From Promethearchaeia archaeon (lineage in GTDB: Archaea; Asgardarchaeota; Lokiarchaeia; Sigyniarchaeales; SOKP01), in NCBI GenBank assembly GCA_046497275.1, contig JAWOFX010000079.1, positions 1,842-33,841 of the forward strand: 32,000 bases of DNA, given 5' to 3'. A model generated the notes under the pieces. That model made no database searches. It was given only the letters and a program-made list of their open reading frames with translations, and was not told the DNA's origin. Below are positions 27,566 to 32,000 of this stretch, one piece after another. The translations under genes were made by a program, and so were the position numbers. The stretch's first letter is position 1; each line of letters starts with the position of its first letter.

Positions 27566-28351
27566 TTGGTGAGGACTTTTCCGTATTTTACATATTTAAA
27601 GAAAAAGATATATTATAAAATTAATAACTCGAAGAAAGATGGGGCAATTATTTTCATTCATGGGTCTGGTGAGCATTCTTTTGTATGGGACTATCAAATC
27701 AAGGATTTAGATGTTGATTTAAATCTTATCGCCATAGATCTCCCTTCTCACGGGAAATCAGATGAATACGATGACTTAAATCTTAATACATATGTGGAAG
27801 TAGTAAGACAACTTATAGATGTACTGCAATTAAAGGGAATAACTTTATGCGGACACTCTTTAGGTGGAGCAATCGCACAACAATATTATTTAAAGTATCG
27901 AGATAATGTAAAGGGTTTAATATTATGCTCAACAGGAGCTAAACTTCGCGTACTTCCCGTAATTCTTGAGAATACACTACATAATTTTGACACATTCCTT
28001 AATAATATACCCATTGGAGCATTCTATAGAAAAACTAAAGAAAAAATAAAAAAATCATATGTGGAAGAAGTTTCTAAAATTGAACCGAAAGTCGTTCACA
28101 CCGATTTTAAAATATGTGATAATTTCGATGTAATAGATAAAGTAGGATCTATAGATGTTCCGTGTTTAATAGTAGTTGGAGATGCTGATAAATTAACTCC
28201 AGTTAAATATTCCGAATTTTTCAATAAAAACATAGAAGATTCCACTCTAAAGATTATAGAGAAAGCGGGACATTCAGTAATGATTGAGAAACCAGATAAA
28301 GTAAATAATGCTATTAAAACTTTTATTAAGAATAAAATTAGCGATAACTAA
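27566..28351 (+). CDS. Alpha/beta hydrolase
   Basis: FIHGSG, IDLPSHGKS, GHSLGG nucleophile, GDADK acid and GHSV His. The exact start is uncertain (TTG 27566 or GTG 27569). Confidence 0.92.
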   Translation: MVRTFPYFTYLKKKIYYKINNSKKDGAIIFIHGSGEHSFVWDYQIKDLDVDLNLIAIDLPSHGKSDEYDDLNLNTYVEVVRQLIDVLQLKGITLCGHSLGGAIAQQYYLKYRDNVKGLILCSTGAKLRVLPVILENTLHNFDTFLNNIPIGAFYRKTKEKIKKSYVEEVSKIEPKVVHTDFKICDNFDVIDKVGSIDVPCLIVVGDADKLTPVKYSEFFNKNIEDSTLKIIEKAGHSVMIEKPDKVNNAIKTFIKNKISDN

Positions 28352-28354
28352 ATA

Positions 28355-29152
28355 ATGCCACGAATCTACACATATGGTCCTTTTAAATCCAGAAGATTAG
28401 GTTTATCTTTAGGAGTTGATATTTTACCTAAGTGTAAAAAATGTAGCTACAATTGTGTATATTGTGAACTTGGAATTACTAAACCTAATCAATTAGTATC
28501 TCCTGAATACAAGATGAATATAGAACCTAAGAATAGTTTCCAGAAAGAATTAAGCTCAATTTTAAAATATATTAAAAATTTAGATTCAATAACTTTTGGA
28601 TACACAGGAGAACCTACTCTAAATAAAAATTTAGATGAGTTTTTTAAAATCGCAAAAATTGTTAGAAATAGGATCAATTGGAAAAAAAGGATACCAAAAT
28701 TAACACTTTTCACAAATTCAAGTACTCTTTACCAAAAAGAAGTAAGAGATAAAGTGAAGGATTTCGATTTGATTTTAACCAAATTAGATGCGGCTAATCA
28801 AGAAGATTTTTTGAGTACTAACCGACCGCATAAAGAGGTCCCTTCAATAGATGAAATAATAAACTCAATTGCGAAACTAAAATCGGAATTATCCCATCAT
28901 CATAAACTCGCGATTCAATGTCTATTATACGAATCATATAACAAAGAATTTATATCAAATAAAAACAAAAGAAATTTGGAGAATTTAGCTGAAGCAATTA
29001 ACATAATAAATCCAGATATTGTCCAGTTATACTCTATTGCCCGAATACCAGCAGAATATTATGTATATGCTCTTGGTGAGGAAAAGCTTAAAGAAATTTC
29101 AAATATGTTAAAAAGGAAAATACCTAGTTCAGTAAAAATTGATTATTATTAA
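28355..29152 (+). CDS. Radical SAM protein (COG0731-like Fe-S oxidoreductase)
   Basis: YGPFKSRRLGLSLGVD, CSYNCVYCELG, GEPTL, TNSS and KLDA. Confidence 0.88.
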   Translation: MPRIYTYGPFKSRRLGLSLGVDILPKCKKCSYNCVYCELGITKPNQLVSPEYKMNIEPKNSFQKELSSILKYIKNLDSITFGYTGEPTLNKNLDEFFKIAKIVRNRINWKKRIPKLTLFTNSSTLYQKEVRDKVKDFDLILTKLDAANQEDFLSTNRPHKEVPSIDEIINSIAKLKSELSHHHKLAIQCLLYESYNKEFISNKNKRNLENLAEAINIINPDIVQLYSIARIPAEYYVYALGEEKLKEISNMLKRKIPSSVKIDYY

Positions 29153-29194
29153 ATAATTAAAAATTTTATTGATATACACAGAAAAGGTGAAAAA

Positions 29195-30211
29195 ATGGCT
29201 GAAAAATATATTGGGGGATGTGATATAGGAGGAACATGGGTTAGGGTGTCATTGACTACCATTGATTTGGAGAAGGAAAATTTTTTTATTAAAAAAGAAA
29301 AAACGATTAAAAAGAACAAAAACTCTATAAGCACCCAAGTATGCAGACTCTTACAAGATTTATTGAATAAAAAGGGTTTAGATAGAAGTGTGTTACTTGG
29401 AATTGGTTTAGCATCTGCGGGTCCGCTTGATATTAGAGAAGGAACGGTATTTAATAATGCTAATTTAGGATTTCGAGAAATTCCGTTAAAAAAACCAATA
29501 GAGAATAAATTTCCAGATATTCCCTTTTATTTAATCAATGATTGCAATGCTGCAGTCCTCGGAGTTCACTTTTTCGAAGCAAAAGAAATTGAAAAAGAGA
29601 ATCTGGTCTATATCACGATGTCAACAGGTATAGGAGGAGGTGTCATTTGTAATGGTCTTCTTCTATTGGGAAAAGATGGAAATGCTGCAGAAATTGGGCA
29701 TGCTAAAGTGGTACCAAATAGTAGATACCAATGTAATTGTGGAGCCTATGGCTGCTGGGAAGCATATAGTTCTGGAACAGCAGTAAAAAAGAGAGCTTTA
29801 GATTATCTAGAGCAAGAAAAATTAAACGGAGATGTGTTATTAAACCTTGTTAATGGAAAAAAATCTAAAATAACCGCTAAAGAAGTATTTGAAGCTGCAA
29901 GGAAAGGAGACGAATTGTCCATAAAGCTAGTAAATGATTGTGTCTTTTATTCCAAAATAGGAGTAGGCTTAATCAATAACTTTTATGACAGCCAGAGCAT
30001 ATATTTTGGTGGAGCAATGATGAATGACAAAGATCAAATAATCCCTCCTCTCAGAGAGGCATTTGAAAATGATGCTATAAAGTTTACAATAAATCATCCA
30101 CCCAAAATTAAAATTAGTAAATATAGAGATCAAATTGGCATACGAGGGGCTTTAGCATTGGTTAAATATAAATTAGAAGATAATCCAATTGTTAGATCTT
30201 ATCCTTTTTAA
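29195..30211 (+). CDS. ROK-family sugar kinase (glucokinase-like)
   Basis: DIGGT, NDCNAA, STGIGGG, EIGH and the Zn motif CNCGAYGCWE. SD GGTGA precedes the ATG. Confidence 0.93.
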   Translation: MAEKYIGGCDIGGTWVRVSLTTIDLEKENFFIKKEKTIKKNKNSISTQVCRLLQDLLNKKGLDRSVLLGIGLASAGPLDIREGTVFNNANLGFREIPLKKPIENKFPDIPFYLINDCNAAVLGVHFFEAKEIEKENLVYITMSTGIGGGVICNGLLLLGKDGNAAEIGHAKVVPNSRYQCNCGAYGCWEAYSSGTAVKKRALDYLEQEKLNGDVLLNLVNGKKSKITAKEVFEAARKGDELSIKLVNDCVFYSKIGVGLINNFYDSQSIYFGGAMMNDKDQIIPPLREAFENDAIKFTINHPPKIKISKYRDQIGIRGALALVKYKLEDNPIVRSYPF

Positions 30212-30296
30212 ACAAAATTAATCAATATTTTATTTAAACAAGAATTATTAAAAAACAATTTTTCCACAATTAAATCATTTCATTGGGTGGCAGCAA

Positions 30297-31730
30297 ATCA
30301 AAAATTTAATCTATTCATTCAGTGGTATAAGAGGAATTGCGGGAGAAGCTCTTAATGAGGAGATTGTAGAGAAAATTGCTATTTCCTATGGATTATGGCT
30401 TGAAGATTCCCGAAAAGAAGTGATTATTGGACGAGATACAAGGCCAAGTGGAAAATGGATAAAGGAAGCAGTCATTTCAGGACTAATAAAAACGGGTTGC
30501 AAAATAATAGATACAGATATTTGCCCGACCCCAACCGTAATTTATGAAAAGAATAAAGAGAATATTAGAGGGGGGATTATTATTTCAGGTTCCCATAATC
30601 CTCCTGAATGGAATGCGTTAAAGTTAATTTCTTATACTACATTTCTTAATCAATTAGAATTAAATCAAATTTGTTCAATTTTAAAAAGCATTGAATTGAA
30701 TGAATTCAATAAAAAAATTAAGAAAAACAAAAGAAAAATAACAAAAATATCTCCAATAAATGGGTATATTAAAGCAATTTACAATAATGTAGATTATCAG
30801 AGTATAAAAAAGAGTAATAATCTTAAGGTAATTGTTGATACTGGGGCTGGGGCGGGAAGGCTTGTGACTCCAAAGCTTCTGAAAGGATTAGGGTGTAAGG
30901 TGATAACAATAAATAATGATTTCGATAAACATGGAAATTTTCCAAGAAACATTGAACCTATTGAGAAAAATCTTGAAGATTTAATTATGAAGGTTTGGAA
31001 TGAAAAAGCAGATATCGGATTTGCTCATGATTGTGATGCGGATCGATTAAGTATAGTAGGAGATGATTTTAAATGTTATGCGGAAGACTTAGGATTAGCC
31101 CTTATCACGGATTATTTTTTGAGGGATTATTCTGGAAAAAACAAAACCCCAATTTTTATTACAAATGTTGCCTCATCTTTAAGATTTGATGCATTAGCAC
31201 GAAAATATAATGTAAAAGTTATAAGAACACCAATAGGTGAATGTTATCTGGCTCAGCGTATACAAAATATGCTAGATAATAGAAAAAATGTTGATGAAGA
31301 GATTGTTTTTGGAGGAGAGGGATCTTGCGGAGGTGTTATGGTCCCATCTTTCAATAATGCTAGAGATGGTATATTTGCTGCTGCTAAAATTATTGAAATT
31401 CTTTTAAAAACAGGAGAAAAAATTTCAAAATTAGTATCAAAAATACCAACATATTATAATTATAGAAAAAAAATAAATATCCAAGGAAGAGATGTGGAGT
31501 TATTAATTAATAATATCAAGGATGAATTGATATCTGAAGGTGAAAAGGTTTCTCAAATACATAATGACTTAAGATTTGGAGAGGGTATTGAATGGTTTGT
31601 TTTGATTCATCCTTCAAATACTGAACCTGTATTAAGAATAATTTCCGAAGCTAAGAGACCTTCTCTTGCAAGAATTTATGGTCAAACTGCAGAAGAATTG
31701 GTCAATATAACCTTAAAGAAATTTAAATGA
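30297..31730 (+). CDS. Phosphohexomutase (phosphomannomutase/phosphoglucosamine mutase family); start upstream of the ORF-track GTG
   Basis: SGIRG (in frame upstream of 30420), GRDTR, SGSHNP phosphoserine loop, DCDADR metal loop, GEGSCG and PSNTEP. The start at 30297 (ATC) is tentative. Confidence 0.9.
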   Translation: MKNLIYSFSGIRGIAGEALNEEIVEKIAISYGLWLEDSRKEVIIGRDTRPSGKWIKEAVISGLIKTGCKIIDTDICPTPTVIYEKNKENIRGGIIISGSHNPPEWNALKLISYTTFLNQLELNQICSILKSIELNEFNKKIKKNKRKITKISPINGYIKAIYNNVDYQSIKKSNNLKVIVDTGAGAGRLVTPKLLKGLGCKVITINNDFDKHGNFPRNIEPIEKNLEDLIMKVWNEKADIGFAHDCDADRLSIVGDDFKCYAEDLGLALITDYFLRDYSGKNKTPIFITNVASSLRFDALARKYNVKVIRTPIGECYLAQRIQNMLDNRKNVDEEIVFGGEGSCGGVMVPSFNNARDGIFAAAKIIEILLKTGEKISKLVSKIPTYYNYRKKINIQGRDVELLINNIKDELISEGEKVSQIHNDLRFGEGIEWFVLIHPSNTEPVLRIISEAKRPSLARIYGQTAEELVNITLKKFK

Positions 31731-31822
31731 AAAATACCTTAGAACAGCACAAATTTTATTTTATATAAAATATATGGTTAAGTAATTAAATTCGAAAATT
31801 TTATGGAAGAGTGAATATCAAT

Positions 31823-31999
31823 ATGGTAAAATGTGAATGTCCCGCTTGCTATTTTGTATTTGAATTAGATGATGGAACGATTGTGGGGGAAGTTATCCCT
31901 TGTCCCGATTGTGGTGTAGATTTAGAAATTACGGCAATTGAAAATGAAGAAGCATCTGCTGAAGTGGCAGAAATGGCAGAGGAAGATTGGGGAGAATAA
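31823..31999 (+). CDS. lysW: LysW amino-group carrier protein (lysine/arginine biosynthesis)
   Basis: CPAC...CPDCG zinc ribbon, acidic composition and the terminal EDWGE signature. ATG at 31823. Confidence 0.95.
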   Translation: MVKCECPACYFVFELDDGTIVGEVIPCPDCGVDLEITAIENEEASAEVAEMAEEDWGE

Positions 32000-32000
32000 A

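Noticed and set aside
27566-27583. Possible second non-canonical start (TTT CCG TAT after SD-like GGTGAGG) for the alpha/beta hydrolase
   Set aside because: In-frame TTG (27566) and GTG (27569) exist just upstream, so no unusual start is needed.
431-29334. Short ORF-track entries overlapping longer genes (e.g. 431-628, 680-898, 1215-1481, 1983-2168, 2455-2685, 2820-3002, 4737-4997, 7079-7890, 8449-8634, 9397-10010, 11106-11546, 12077-12502, 14967-15194, 15673-15885, 17740-18342, 21693-21938, 23846-24106, 24941-25147, 28489-28713, 29149-29334)
   Set aside because: They are antisense or alternate-frame shadows of well-supported genes, with no recognisable motifs and the Phe/Ile/Ser-rich composition typical of shadows.
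1-32000. CRISPR array, tRNA, rRNA, integrase or transposase
   Set aside because: I saw no regularly spaced repeat-spacer pattern, cloverleaf, long GC-rich RNA gene, or recombinase/transposase motif.

Overview
AT-rich archaeal chromosomal segment with about 28 intact genes. It is most likely Asgard (Lokiarchaeia-like), inferred from a Rab-like GTPase, a stand-alone longin-like protein, the Loki-type LRR N-terminal domain, Cdc48 with an HbYX tail, a tetraether lipid synthase homologue and LysW. Gene order: cdc48 (5'-truncated); zinc-ribbon-repeat endonuclease-like gene; class I/II aminotransferase; a DUF296/V4R/Rab-like GTPase cluster; GH3 glycosidase; an ATC-hydrolase-like/SdhA-NadB-like flavoprotein/2Fe-2S/racemase cluster; MoxR ATPase with a TraB-fold/degenerate-VWA partner; tes; LRR gene; several hypotheticals; a DUF362 protein; two tandem small membrane paralogues; PadR plus ABC-2 exporter; alpha/beta hydrolase; radical SAM; ROK kinase; phosphohexomutase; lysW. 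I saw no rRNA, tRNA, CRISPR array, transposase or integrase. The most unusual non-coding signal is a 160-nt, about 44% GC, multi-hairpin island at 19142-19300 with two alternative folds and a triplicated motif, a candidate orphan structured RNA. All family assignments come from motif recognition by eye, not database searches.
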